Origin: Catajapyx aquilonaris
Lineage: Eukaryota
Reading direction: 5' to 3'
DNA: 64,000 nt
NCBI GenBank assembly: GCA_000934665.2
Contig: KZ538280.1
Location: 1 to 64,000 of the forward strand
Numbering within the stretch: the stretch's first letter is position 1; the number at the start of each line of letters is the position of its first letter. The notes beneath the pieces are model-generated. The model worked only from the letters and a program-made list of their open reading frames with translations. It was not told where the DNA came from and did not search any database. Below are positions 37,480 to 51,029 of the stretch, in pieces. A program made the translations under genes and the position numbers.

Positions 37480-37630
37480 GGTAGCCGCAGCAGCTTCCCG
37501 GAGAGTCGCCATCTCCTGAGCCCCTACTGACGTCACAGCCTGCCGACCATTGGCCATCCAAACCCCCCTCTCTCTCTCTCTCTCTCTACCTACTCTCTCT
37601 GTGCATCTCTCGCTCTCTCTCCCTCTCTCT
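37480..37630 (-). promoter_or_regulatory. Promoter-like module
   Basis: Minus-strand order: GA repeats, GCCAAT, TGACGTCA (37528-37535) overlapping an Inr-like TCAGT, then AGATGGCG (YY1/Pho-like). Confidence 0.4.
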
Positions 37631-40600
37631 CTGGGGCGTGCGATCGATGAGCACAAGCGAGAGTAGGCAGGCAGCGCTTGCAACTCAGCGGCAGCCGCTC
37701 TCTTTTCGCCCTGATGCACCTCCAGGGTTGGAAATAAACCTTTCACATATGTCCAACCACCCCCCTCCCACCAATCTTGGTACTTGATCACGCATTGGCA
37801 CATGCATAATTTGTGATTGGATGATCGCCTGATGAGCAATTGGGTTATGGGGGGAAAAAGGTAGTAAGTGACTAGAGCGTTGAAGCGAGTATTGCTATTT
37901 TTAGATTGTGGTTTTGAGAAGGTTGGCGCTCCTGGCTTCCACGTCTTTTGTGCTGGAAAGGAGTGAATTCAGGTGGGCAGAAAGTAGAGGCTATGGGGCT
38001 GGAATTGATTACTGCTGAGGAGAGTTGGCAGAGAAGCTTGGGCGCTTCCCATCCACCGCACTCCCTCCTCCACTTTGCAACTCCTCCAAATATGCATATC
38101 CCAAAGTGCGGGGATGAGCGGCGAAATGAATCCACAATCGCTTGCCGCCATAATTTTGACTGACAGTGGACACGGGAGTGGGCTCACAGACTCCCTTTCA
38201 ACTGGATACCCTCCCCACATCCCAGTCTCTATCCCTACTGCTTCCTACCACCACCTCTAAGCAGCCTTGGGAATTAGGCGCCCTTCCTCTCAAAATAGCC
38301 CAATTGCCCACGTTGAGATAGCTAATTGAAACTCTCCTTCCCCCCCCCCCCCNCCTCTTGCACATTTGGGTTGGACCCCACTAAGTTTTCCCATTACCCC
38401 CAACCCGTTCCTCCAACTTTCCTGCATTATATTCTCTCCCAGGATATGCATTGTTGCTTCTATATCAATGGTGGAAACAATGCCTCTGGCATAGTAGAGA
38501 GAGAGAAAAAAAAAATATCGGAGCCGATATACAGGGTCAACCGACGTCACTTGACATGCCACCTGTCCCCCATATAAAATTGCAAGTGGCTAGCGTATGT
38601 GATTAATCCGGACACCCTACGCGATCCGTTCAATCGATTCTAACTGGATATGTGCACACGTATTTCATTCATACCGCACCGTCACCTTTTTTTTGTGTGC
38701 CGGGAACAACAATTTGGAGTCGTGGTTTTTAAGTTTGATAATTATCACCCGGAGTCATTTTACGTTTTCTACGTAGGACACACTAAAAAAAAATTTGTAC
38801 GAATGGAAAAAGCTTAAGGCAAACACTGGGCATTGCAATGTCATTCATTTTGGAACGGAAAAATGTGGAGGGGGGGGGGTGTAGCTGACTATTCCGTTAA
38901 GCAAACATGGATTAAATTATGACTTAGCAGTGGTGTAAGGGAGAAAGAAATAGGGAGGGGGGGAAAAAAAGCGATCAGGACTTGTAAATGGAAACGTCAG
39001 TCCCTACTCTCCATGACAATTAAAGTGTCCGGGTGGGTTTTGTAGGGAGGGTGGGCCGGGTGTGAGGCGGTGGGAGGTAGGGTGGGGGGCTGGAGTGGAA
39101 TAATTGCTTCATGCGATTATTGGCTAATGATGGTTGATGAATGCGAATTAAATTTGGCCAATGTCCCCGCGGATGGAAAGCGGGCCCCGAGTGCAAATTG
39201 GGACAGGCTCAAGTCCTTGGTGGGGTCAACCTAAGGAGACCCCTCCCTCCCTTTAGACGCACTTATTTTATTTTTTTTGAAACCGGTTTTTTAGGCTGTG
39301 ACATGTGCAACTATATGAATCCTGACATGTGATTGCAAAAACCCTGGACTTCTGGTGCTGATTCTCACTCTTGTCCAATGTGACCCCCCCATTAGTGTAG
39401 CCAGATTAAGGGATCATTAAATCAAGCGTCGCATCACACCACGAGAGTCAGGCACATATATGTACTACTCTGGCCCAACTCCCACCCCCCCCNACATCCC
39501 CCCCTGCCCCTCCCTTCCATCTCCCAACCACCACCACTCAGCCCTACACCAACCCTACCACATACACGCACGCACGTCAATGGGGATAAGTGAGTTGTCA
39601 CTTGGTTTTAATCAAAGGGATGGTGGGAAAAAGATGACGCGACCAACTCTCCTCACATTAGGCCCGTAACGCCACTTTTATCCACGCCTATGTAATTATT
39701 GTGCGCATTGTTGGGTAGCACCTGCCACTGGCCCCTGCTTTGTAATGTGGGTTGCGTCAGTTCAGGATACAAATTGAGATATTAAAAATGCAATGTCTAA
39801 ATGTGAGCAGTACCCCCCAAAACTAGTGCTTGATCACGATGTATTAAAACTTTTTTTTAAAAAATACGCACTAGTGTACAGGGTGTTCCACAATGAAACG
39901 TCTGGTGAGTACCAAAGCCTTTCTATAGCAATGTATCACATTCCAGTGTATTTCCATCCCTCCCACTCCAACAAAATATATACACACGGATGAAACGTGG
40001 GTTACAAAAGAATGGCTGGTGATGGTGAGGCAACTTGAAACCCTGGCCGTGTTGCCCAATCGGCGTCAAAAATGAAATTGCGAGAAAGTGGCTCGTAGCG
40101 GGCCGAATTGGCGGCCAATGCGTGCCGGAGTCAAATCGCATTACCAATCGGCATTTGAGGGGATATTAACCTCGCTAGACACACTCATTAGACACACGGA
40201 GCCAATTCCTCTTTACCCAACGCATTCCCGCCAATCCCATCGCTTCTCGCTTCGATACCTCTCCATTTGCAACCAGCCAAAAAATTACTCACTTGGGAAC
40301 GCTTTTTTTTGGCCGCCTCCGTGCTTCTAACGACGTAAGTGGTAATCACTAAACCGCTTTCGCCTAATAGATGTCTTCATTTTCTAAAGAACTGGAGCTG
40401 CGTTGAACCGGCAGTATACCTGAAATTCATAAAGAATTCGGGATATGAGAGTTGATATAGTCATTTTGAGTAGCAATTTCAACTCGAAAATGACATTGCT
40501 GAAAATTTTTGGGATTAAAATCACTGGCCATTTATATAGCATGAGAGAATTGGGCTCAAATATCATGCTATAATCATCTTAAGAAGTATCATTATTGCTC

Positions 40601-41695
40601 AAATGATTTTAGAGTGCATATTAATGATGGCCAGTTTGACATTTTTTAAGATATGAGAAAAGCGTGCAGCTCAACAATTCTATTCGTATAACAGGCTATA
40701 TAAATTCTTTCAAAATTTAAAATGCTTAATTGTTATCAAAAAATTTGGACCATTCAATGAATCGCATATTCTGTATCTAGATTCTAGAGTATAGGTATAA
40801 AACCAAAAAATCAAATTTTTTTGCATATTTTTTTGGCGGTCAACCTTTTCAATTTTTCTGTCCGAATCTAACTTGACCATCTAAAAGTGCGCATAAACTC
40901 ATCTTTCTTTACGACTCTGATAATTCTGTAGGTCGTCCATTGTCACGAATCCTGCACATACCGCAAGCATGCACGCACGCAATGTTGAAATATTTTTCTT
41001 GCATATATCCATAGAGGTAACGGATGAGGAATAGCCCCCATTCCAGCCCAGTATATCCGTGGCTGTGAATTACAGACCCCGAACAGATGTGTGTCGGAAT
41101 GGCCGGAATGCCAAATCCCCCCCTCGAACTAATTTATCCCGAATGAAAGAAGGGCCTCCATCTCTCACGTCTTAAACAGTGCCCTGGTGCGGATGAAGCA
41201 AATCCGTCTCTGACGAATGGATCCCTCCCTTTCCCTTCTAATTCCCTCCGAGATGTGTCTTCATTAGCCCAATAAGGAGCCCCCAAGTTCCATCCACCCC
41301 GCTTGCCCTTCGTTACAATCCCTGAACCTGTCACACTTCTAATTAGCGCAGTCCATTCCAGGTTGGAGCTAAATTTTCAGAGATTTTTTTTTTTCCTTTT
41401 TTTGTTTTCAGGTAGATATAGCCTGGAGTGCTTTTTAGTCTAAATTACCCACGCAAAGTTTGGAAACTTAGCAATGGTTTCTGAAATGGAGTCGAGGCTC
41501 GGGGACTTAATGAGTAAAGTTGGCAGGTGGAGGATTCCTGGGACCATAAGGTCGCATCACTCACTGCTCGCCATCTTGTATCCCACTTTGCCTAAGTGCT
41601 TGCCCACAAAACAAATGCCGGTTGTCTCAACCCTTGCTAACTTCTGCGAGTAACCCGCTAATTGACGACATACGTAACTGTCACCTTTAACACAC

Positions 41696-41938
41696 CACAG
41701 AAACGTCGTGGAAACGCCTTTGAAACTTTGCTCTGAACTGTCTGTGGAACGTCTATAAAACATGAAAGAAACGTCAAAGAAACGTTAGTGAAACGTATCG
41801 AAAATGGCTCAAAAACTTTGTGGTAACGACTGTGGAAACGTCTAAGTATCGTCTGTGAAACGTCTACGTAACGTCTGTGAAACGTCTGTGAAATCTAGCG
41901 AAAATGGTTCTCAAACGTCGCGGAAATGTCGGGGAAAC
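41696..41938. repeat. Degenerate ~11-bp tandem repeat (consensus GAAACGTCTGT)
   Basis: Roughly 20 diverged units, e.g. GTGAAACGTCTACGTAACGTCTGTGAAACGTCTGTGAAA. Confidence 0.8.
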
Positions 41939-42043
41939 ACCTCTTTGATCCTCGCCGCCTTCTATAGCTTCTTGTCTGAATCTTGAGCCGGCTTTTCCAA
42001 CCTTGAACCCAAGCTCCTTCCAGACGATGGCCAGACGCCTTTC

Positions 42044-42059
42044 CAGACTGCGCGGCGCC
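42044..42059 (-). promoter_or_regulatory. Candidate BMP-responsive Smad element (GRCGNC-N5-GTCTG)
   Basis: Minus strand GGCGCC-GCGCA-GTCTG; two more CAGAC at 42020 and 42032. Confidence 0.4.
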
Positions 42060-45000
42060 CACCCCTCCTCCCCACTGCCACTTTTAACCCCCCCACCACC
42101 GCCACCCAGACCCTACTCCATTCACGTTTCTTAGTAAGTGGGCCAAGACGCTGCCTCAACCTCGTTGCCAGATCGGCACCGTCTTCAAGGAGATGGCTTG
42201 GTTTTTCGGGCCGGTGAGTCCCCGAGATTCCGAGTTCTAGACGGAGGATCGGGTTTCTTGGAAGGGGACGGTTTATTGGCGGGTAGACTGATTGTAAATA
42301 ACTCTTATATGGATAACCAGTCAGATTAAGGCCCATTGTATCGACATAATAAATCTCCAATTACAGTCAATACAGTCATGAGTTGATATAGCCCTAATTC
42401 AAAACATTATTTATTTCTAACATTAACGAAATTTACAATCGTGAGTACTTGCTAAAAAGCAAAATTGCGTTAATATCTAAGTATATTTATACTGGTGTTA
42501 GTAATATCCAGCAAAAAATGGCCGACAGAATCCATGTATTAGTGTAGTTATGAGACGACGTAAATGTTGCAAGCTAATTTTTTAATGGAAGGGACGCGGA
42601 CGTAGCCATTTCTTATCGTGTGTGATTTGAATCCTTGCAATCTGTCCGTTTGCCAGCCAAATACAGCTGGTTTAACGTCCTTGTACTTATCAGTTTTAAT
42701 ATATTACATTGTGAGTCTAGAAGACTAGTAATTCTGCACTCGTTGTAGGTTACTACTAATAAGCAAACTTTGGCTTCCGATATCTGATTGCTTTAATATT
42801 GAGCCTAAATGCATGTTCTGCCCTTCTGAACGCAGCAGAATTTGTTTGTACGCTCAAGAGCATATTCTGCATTTTTTTTTTTGTAAGCTTGTTTCAGTTC
42901 GTAAGCGTAATGGCGAAGTTAGGTTACGTATTCTTTCCTAGCGTAAAACTACACACAACAAGCTTTCATAACCATCGAAACTAACCTACAACTTACAAGG
43001 TTTATAGTTTTAAACTTACACGCCTCAATGCATGTAACCTGGCACATGTTTCAAAATATATAACACGCACTCTATTTCGAACCCTAGGGCGTTGATTCGG
43101 CGTACTACATACACGCAACCATCCGCCAAGTTATATTTTAACCACAAAGAGAAACATTCGTTCCTACATGTATCCGTTCTTATTTCCAATTTCTATGCAT
43201 TTCATCTCATAGTCGCCTCTTGGTCTAATCCGTCATTCATCTATCTCCATGCCATTCATCTCAACCGCCACCAGGTGATTGCAAGGTCACCCTTTCAATG
43301 AAGGTAATGACACGCAATTCCGTGCATGAATGGCCGTTCTAGATATCAACAAGTTTTTAACCAGCAGTCTTTCACTCTTCTATAATTATAGTATTCATTT
43401 ATACACTACATACTGTATATATAGCGCCATTCACCAGAAATGCAGGCTGTAAAAGAGCATATGCATTTAAATGATTAACACAGTTTTTTATATTTAAAAA
43501 AATCCGCTTTACGTGAATGCTAATATCAATTGCTGTTACATACGACAAAAATCGATTCTATTTATCCAAGATGGTCTCCTTTAAGAAAAAAGTTTGGCAA
43601 CACGGTGGAAACCCCCTTTGGCAAGCTTCCAGACGGCGTCTCCTCAATCTTGTGGAAACTTCCCAGACGGAGAAAGTTCCCAAGACATCGTCTAGGGGAA
43701 AGCCCCTTCCAGTCAAGACACTCTCCATTGATCACAAGGACTTTAACCCAAATGGTCCTAACATTACCCCCCAACACTTTGAAAATTTTGGGGAGAGAAT
43801 GAATCTTGCTGGACTTTCAAGTGGCCGGCCATATAATGCGCTCAAAAATAATCCGAGGCAGTCGGCATAAAGCTGGTAAATCCTCCGGGAGAAGATTCAT
43901 GAGTGGAATTAGGACCTAACCTGGTTTGGCGCCTTTGATTATGTCATCTTGAGGTGTTAATCCCCTTTGCCGGTGCATTAGCAGTTAACAAGGAGCCCAA
44001 TTGGAACAATTAGGGAGCAGAGACAAAGGGGGCGGGGTGGAGGTAGCTCCATAACTCATTCTGGCCCGGATAATCCCGCCCCCTAATAGGTCACCCTGCT
44101 TATCTGCTGCTGGGGAATACTCCGGGACTTTCCCCCCCCCCCCCCCCCCCCTCAAAATTATTATTATTGCAAAGAGAGGGTTGGAAACTGCTGGAGGAAC
44201 ATAGCCCTAAAAATGGCTCGACTAATTTTTTTCCAAAAACAAAAAAAAAAAAATCTAAAGTACGTCGCAAGTTGAGTAAGGACCTGCACCGGGGACTTAG
44301 TATTGAACCCGACTCGCAGCCAGAACAATTTACCCGAAATCCTAACCGAAGCCGATGGTGGTCCAAAACTTTTTTTTTTTTGTTATTTGCCTTCCCCCCT
44401 GTAGGTCCGAAATTCCATTTTGGGCCATCGGGACCTTCCTCCCGGGACCCATTGAATTCGGCGTATTGGAGCGAGCCGCTTCCCAAGGGACTTCAAACCG
44501 AATTTGCTTCCTCCCGCTTTCTCATTACGCACCTCTGCAGCGATTCACTCGTCCCAAGCCAAAGTCCTCTACTGCACACATGGAATAAAAATAATAAAAA
44601 AAATTACAAAAAAAAAGTATGCCAATTTGGGATCTGGCCTCAAAATTATCCGGCATGTCTTAACTGCCAAGTACTTATTTGTAAAGTGTGCTTGTGATTG
44701 GTCGTGCGGACCAGTGAGTCCGAGTTTCAGAATAAGGATCGGTGGCGGTATCTGGTGGAGAATGGCAATGGGAAGTTGCAGATGCTGATTGCCCGGCACG
44801 CCTTGTCACGCGAAGTGACGCAGAGCTGGACTCCCTATACTCAAAAAGTACTGCAAAATGTGACTGTTATCATAAATGTGTCACGCAGTCACAGTAAGCT
44901 GTTGTTGGACTATTATTTTTCCCGTAACAATCTTGTGCCGCCGCAGGCCAATGAAACGTTATTGTGGCTTTGCCAATATTAACTAAATGCCGCGTATTTA

Positions 45001-47323
45001 GAAAAATTAGGGTAGAATAGCTGATAACAATGCTCCAGATTGCGGGGGTCCTCCCTCCAGAAATTTTTTGGCCACGTTCAAACATGCACAGCAGCATGGT
45101 GACCAGGACAGCCGCAATGTAAAAATAATAACTGTCGCTTTTAATTCCTGGATATTTTTGAATACTGCTAAATTTCGACTACGCTCTCCTGCATTATTGG
45201 ATGCTGTAAAAAGCGTCCAATTGGAGCGGAATTTCTGGAATTCGCTACAGCTATCTAATATTAAGGTAGCACTCGGCCTATGTTTCCCATCACGCCGTGC
45301 CACTATTTTTAAAATCTACGAGAGCACATCGCACTTTCCGGAAGTACAAATCTGGAACTAGCCCTTTCTTTTGAAAAATGCATTAACAAAAGCCCTCCCC
45401 CTTTTCGTCGCTTTAAAAAAAAAAAACGCCAACTGACGAGGAAACCTTCCGTGAATAGGGCGCCTTTGTAAAGCTTATCACGATTGTGGAACGTCGGGGA
45501 ATGAGAAGCTGAATTAGTAATTTTGCTAAGTGAGCACATCAAAGTCTTGTGGGGGGGAAAGGCTCAGAAGAGGGAGAAAATCATGGCGGGATGAATTCCT
45601 CGAAGTGAGCCTTGGGAGAGCAATAATGCTTCCTGAGATTGTTGGGGGAGAAGGACAGCTCCTTGTGGGCAGCCCACTCCCTGCCTGTAATAGTCGTTGC
45701 GAGGGCGCTTCCTGTGCCATCAGCTAATAAGGCAAGAGGACCACACCCCGTCCCCAGGGGGTTGAAGGCCTGGGGGGGAGGGGGGGAGGAGAAAGAGAGA
45801 GTGGTGGTGGTGGGGAGTTAGGGTCTACAGGGAGGGGCTGCGCAGCCTCGCCATCTTGCAACCGCTAATCTATAATATGTGCATGCATGTGTGAGTCTAA
45901 GGTGGGGGATAAAAGGGGTTTGGGAGGAGGAGAGGAAAGGGGGAAGAGAGAGAAGAGGGAGGAGGAGGGGGGGTGCTCTGCTCTTCTCTGATCCCAGTAC
46001 ACCGTGGCTTCCACTCGCAAAGTTATAAACGAGGGAAAATTTTCCTCTTATCGCTACTGAACATTGTTGGAGAATAAGGCTGGAGTTGGAACATTTAGAC
46101 GTCAATTTTTAGCCTTAAAAATTTGTATCCCAGAGAGGTTTGTACTGTCCTTAGCAACCACCACTGATCCTAACTTTGATCCAGGTTTGATAGGCATATT
46201 TATGACTCAAAACGAAGCAAGAAAAAAAAACACAGATGTGATAAGTGCACTTTCCGAGCGGTTTACCACGTCGTTAAAGTGAATTCCAATCGATATTAAT
46301 ATTCACTAGATTATCGATATCGAACCCCATATTTTGATGAGCAACCCATCTTCCTCACGCATTTTTGCCTCTAACTATATAAAAAAAAAACCTGGACGTA
46401 ACAGATTACGACCAAAATCTGCGCTCCCTAACCAGCGATTTTAAGAGTCGATAGATTGCCGACTATGGCCTAAAAAGTGCCAAATGGGCCTTCCATGGTC
46501 CACGCAGACTCTGGGGTTCCTCCTAACCCAGCCTGCCTCCCACCACCCATCCAACCACCCAGCCTCCCACCACCCGGTCCCCAAGCCCCGCTCCAGAGTG
46601 TGTTAATTAAGTAGCATTAATCACATTTTATCCCCCGCAGCTCCGACTCGATATTTCTCCTCTTGGAATTGTCTGCGTGCATCCAATATTTGCCGCCTGC
46701 CTCCAGGCTCATCACAGGACAGAGAAACGCATGCAGAAGCGCACTTGTCCTCCGCTGATTTTGCTTGTTTACCTCAGGCCAACCCTCTCCTCTGATGCTA
46801 CTACCCCCCTACCCCCACCCACCCACCCTCAACCAACCCACCATCACTCCAAAGGAAATACATCCACTTACATTCAAACGACCGGATTTTTTCTCCAAAC
46901 AAATCGCCGGTTACCACGCAAATATACACACACGTTGGGCGGCACGCAAGATATGAACTTTTTTTTTGAGAGAGAGAGAAAAAAAAAGAAAATCGGGTGG
47001 GGGGGGGGGGGTTGGTAAAATATCCCGTTTCAATTAAGACGCTTTCGATAACGGAGTCCAAAGCTAATTCTGCACATATTGAAAGTTGAGTGTCCGCCGA
47101 CCTCAAATATGCAGTGATTACCCAAGGGTTTTATGAAGTTGGGACGCATTATGAAGTGATTAATCCTCATGCTGGTTTTAAAACCCCTTCACTATGCTAG
47201 GAGACTCTTCTCTAAAGGCAGGAAATTTTTTTTTTCCTTACTTCATTAACCACAGCCACTCACAAGCTTAGTGCTCTAGCTGCATACCTATAATTGCTTG
47301 CGCTATGAGTGATGTAGTATCTG

Positions 47324-47439
47324 TGTTAAAAAGTTTTGGCCAGGTGTATCCTGATGCTCTACAACCATCAACACTCTAGTATGGACAAAACTATGAGGAA
47401 AAAACAGCAGGGTATGTCTGGCCAAAACTTTTTTTGACA
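47324..47439. repeat. Imperfect inverted repeat (~33-bp arms), probable old MITE
   Basis: AAAAAGTTTTGGCCAGGTGTATCCTG / CAGGGTATGTCTGGCCAAAACTTTTT. Confidence 0.65.
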
Positions 47440-49028
47440 ATACGTTCTTACGATGCGATGTTGTGTGATAAGCTGAAACCTTGCTGAAACTTAGTTTTAA
47501 AAAATGTTGGAAATGCACGATTTCTCCAACCTATTCATTGACATTTAAGAGCTAACTAGAGTTTAAGTATCATACTTAATTTTTATTTTTACTATACATA
47601 ATGGGCTTTGAATACTCTTTAGGGGCCTTCCATAAGCCATCCCTGTGCGTATAGCGATTTTGAAGAAAAAAAATACAGAAAACTACAAAAACACAAATAG
47701 TTATTTTGACGCCACAGAGACTCACAAATCAAAAGATTTGTCCCCGCATACATCAACATACTAACTGCAGTTTATTTTTTAATTATTTACCCCATATGCC
47801 CTTTGTAGGAAATATGCTCTTTCAATTCTTCTTTACTTTTTCATCACACAAGTTGATTCCTTTGATACACAACCGAGAAGGCATATTATATAGATATCCA
47901 TTTTTTGTACATTTTTAAATTAACCGCAGTTAACTTCCTTTTTTCGGAGAATGATGAAAATGTAGTGTACGTGACGCGATCAAATCGCAGGTGTCCGATA
48001 TCCAGCCCGTTTGAAATGAGCAGTTGGGGAACCCCCGGGCGTAACATAATCCGGGACGATTCGAGTTCACGCATCTTGCCTTTGGAAAAAGCCCGCGTTT
48101 TTCTTGGAAGAATGGCTGGCCATTACCCGTGCGAATGGTCACAGCTTGGCGCATTTATCTGTACACCACCAGCAGATTCCGCCTCAATTTGGTTTCTGCA
48201 ATCCTAGAAGCGTGTAAGTGGAAGGGGCAGATAGCCGCATCTTCCTAGGGGAGGGTTGGGAGGGACACTAGTCGTATCTAGGAGGAGGATCAGTGGGAAT
48301 AGACTTGGCAGTCCAAAGGGGGGCGTAAATCGGTGCTTACGAGTCCCCGAGGAGCGGTGAAGACCCGCAAAGACCTGCGCCCAAGCTCTTGTCCGCTGGC
48401 CAGCACCAGCTATCCCCTCGATAGCAACCCCCCCCCTTCCTCCTCCTACTCCTCTATCCCCTCCCTAACCACCTCTCCCCTTCCCCGCATATTTAATCAG
48501 GGGGACTATTATGCCCCGCCATTTTGTATCCCCCCAGCCTATGGCCCAACTGGACGCCCTGATAAGGCCGGCCTCGGGGGGTTTAATAGGACCATACAAA
48601 CCTCCGTTAAAGTGCGCTCGGGAGGGGACGCCACCACCACACTTGGAATTAGGCGGAAATTGCCTCCGCACTAAGTTCACCCCCCCTCTCCCTACCTCCC
48701 TGCAATTTTTTTTCTCCCTCCCCTGACCCTCCCACTCAGCAACATACCCTCGAACCTCCCAGCACTCTAGCTGGATACTTCCCCACGTTTTTTATTTTTA
48801 AAAATATGTGAGGGTCGCAATTAGGAAGAAGCGGAGCGAAGAATGGTCAGAGTTAAATAAATTTGCTTCTTTTCCTGATTAAAATTGTCCGTTAGCCCCC
48901 CTGCTAAATGTTCTGGTGACTATAGGAGTCTAGTAATGCTAGTTGGTAGTGCTGGAATCTTCAGACTTTCAGTATCTTACAACTCAAGGGCAAAATCTGA
49001 CCCATGGGGTTACTCACTCGACTGTAAA

Positions 49029-49140
49029 GTGTACACTGGAGTACCAGTACCCAGGAGTACCAAGGTGTGCCTGGGCGTATCCAGGAGTACCAAGGAGTAC
49101 CAAAGAGTACCAAAGACTGCAGGTGTACACCGGAGTACCG
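49029..49140. repeat. Degenerate ~10-bp tandem repeat (AGGAGTACCA)
   Basis: Repeated GAGTACC; bounded by GTGTACAC(T/C)GGAGTACC at 49029 and 49123. Confidence 0.8.
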
Positions 49141-50203
49141 AAGTGATTAACCCCTTGATATGACCTTTGTTGTACCCACAACTTAATGCAGGATGTAGAT
49201 AGCGGGGATAACGTTCAATCCATTGGCACCCACTAGAGCTGTCAGTCTCATTGTGCCGTCTAGGCTGAATTGCCAATAAAGTCTGGGGAAAGGTGTTTGA
49301 AAACGATAAGAAACCCGCGACCGTTACAAGGCAACCGACCAGGTAGCGTGCCCGTATGGGGGCACGTGCCCCATGATCCTTAAGTATCCGGTAACGGCTC
49401 CTTTGACTTGGGCATCAAAGAAAGCGAAAGGCCGCAAGAAGAAGAAGAAAAGAAGTGGTCGCCAGCAGCGAGAGGGGAGAAACCCAAATGAAAAGACCCA
49501 GAGGGGGCATGTGCTGAAGACATTTTTAAAGGTCCTTGTGTGGCCTTGCTTGTACACACCTACTAAAGATCAAATCGCTTCTGGTTGTGCCTGACAGCAT
49601 TGAGTAACCCTCAGCCTTCCCCTCTTTGGACTAAGAGTGTACCAGTTCTTGAGGGCACGACCCTCCATTCATCCACTTCTGGTCCCTTGGGAACCTGGTC
49701 TTTTGACACTAAAAAAGGAGTTGGCAACCTTACAGACCGTTGCCTGCGTCTTGGAAGAGGTGGCCCACCTTTCTTTGCAGGATTTCAAGGCACGCGACCC
49801 CCTCCCTGAAAAACGGTTCCCACGGGAAGCTACCTTGCCAAATCAGACTTCTTTCAACCACCAGCTGCCCTCAAACTTTCTGGGGCGAAAAGCAGCAGAA
49901 ACTTTGAAGGTAGCCGTTACATAATTGATACCAGCGGGTGGAATGTGCTGGGATAAGACACGCTTTCTTCCACCTGGCCCACACCTGAGCTGCCAGCCGA
50001 CCTCTAAGGTTGCTTTATCGTCGCTATTTCCGACAAGCGTTTTACTAACTTAGAATTTACTCGTTGCTTCACTTGCATGAGCGATCCTATCTGGGAGTCT
50101 AAAACTGGTTTCACGTGCCGAAGAATGCTCGAGGTCGTACGCGAATATGCACGACCTCACTGTTTCAGATTCATTCAAAATGTATTTTTGTACGGTCTTT
50201 CTG

Positions 50204-50515
50204 CGAATAATCACGAACCACCCTGTATATATACAGGGTGTTCCAGATTCTTGGGTAACTTTTTGATAACTGCTATCGGGTGATATCAGTTATTTTTGTA
50301 GCTTGTTATGCCTCTATGTGCCCCATTCTGTAACTTCTGCTATATGCCCACTGGGGGTCGAATATAGCAGGTGCAGGTGCCATACAATGGAGCACATGGT
50401 TAGGAGCACAACAAGCTAAAATATAACTGATATCACCCGATACCAGTTATCAAAAATTGACCCACGAATATGGAACACCCTATATATCGTATACAGGGTG
50501 GTTCGTGATCATTCG
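50204..50515. mobile_element. Outer inverted pair of a second CAGGGTG-family terminus flanking the 50234 MITE
   Basis: CGAATAATCACGAACCACCCTG-TA (50204-50225) and TA-CAGGGTGGTTCGTGATCATTCG (50494-50515) are near-exact reverse complements. Confidence 0.7.
50234..50482. mobile_element. Tc1/mariner-type MITE, 249 bp, long TIRs
   Basis: TA-CAGGGTGTTCCAGATTC...GAATATGGAACACCCT(A)-TA; arms of about 60 bp or more; same family as 4187-4277. Confidence 0.9.
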
Positions 50516-50517
50516 AC

Positions 50518-50562
50518 TAATAATAATAATAATAATAATAATTATTATTATTATTATTATTA
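50518..50562. repeat. Self-complementary (TAA)n(TTA)n microsatellite
   Basis: About 8 TAA units followed directly by about 7 TTA units. Confidence 0.9.
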
Positions 50563-51029
50563 TATATTGACACTGAATAACAATCAGAAAATGCTGATAT
50601 TATGTAGCGTTGCACACTTTTAAGTTAGTACAATAATAAAATACCATCCATAATTATTCAATGAATATTTTTAATGCGAATGATTTATTAAAGTAACGCT
50701 AACTCATTGACGCGTATACAATGTAGATTGCCTGATACTCATTTATTTGGTCCGATTCAAAGGCTAGTAAATTTTAACTTGTTATTAGCTCCGAGTTACC
50801 CGACGCTACTAAAATGTTAACTTTTACGAGAGATGAGTTTAGGAATAATTAAAATCGGATCGATCCTTCAATCTGGCTACACCCCTCTTGTCAAAACCAT
50901 TTCCACACAATGGCACGTGACAGGTGACAAAATTCTTACACTTTGAGAATGACAGAACCTCCGGCCCTTTTTCGGCTCCCTGAGCGGAAAGCGACTCAAC
51001 GGGCATGAAAACGCGATCCTAATAGATAG

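Noticed and set aside
39877..39900. Complete CAGGGTG-family MITE (also the lone end near 53071)
   Set aside because: Only one terminus is visible with no partner TIR nearby; at most a solo-end remnant
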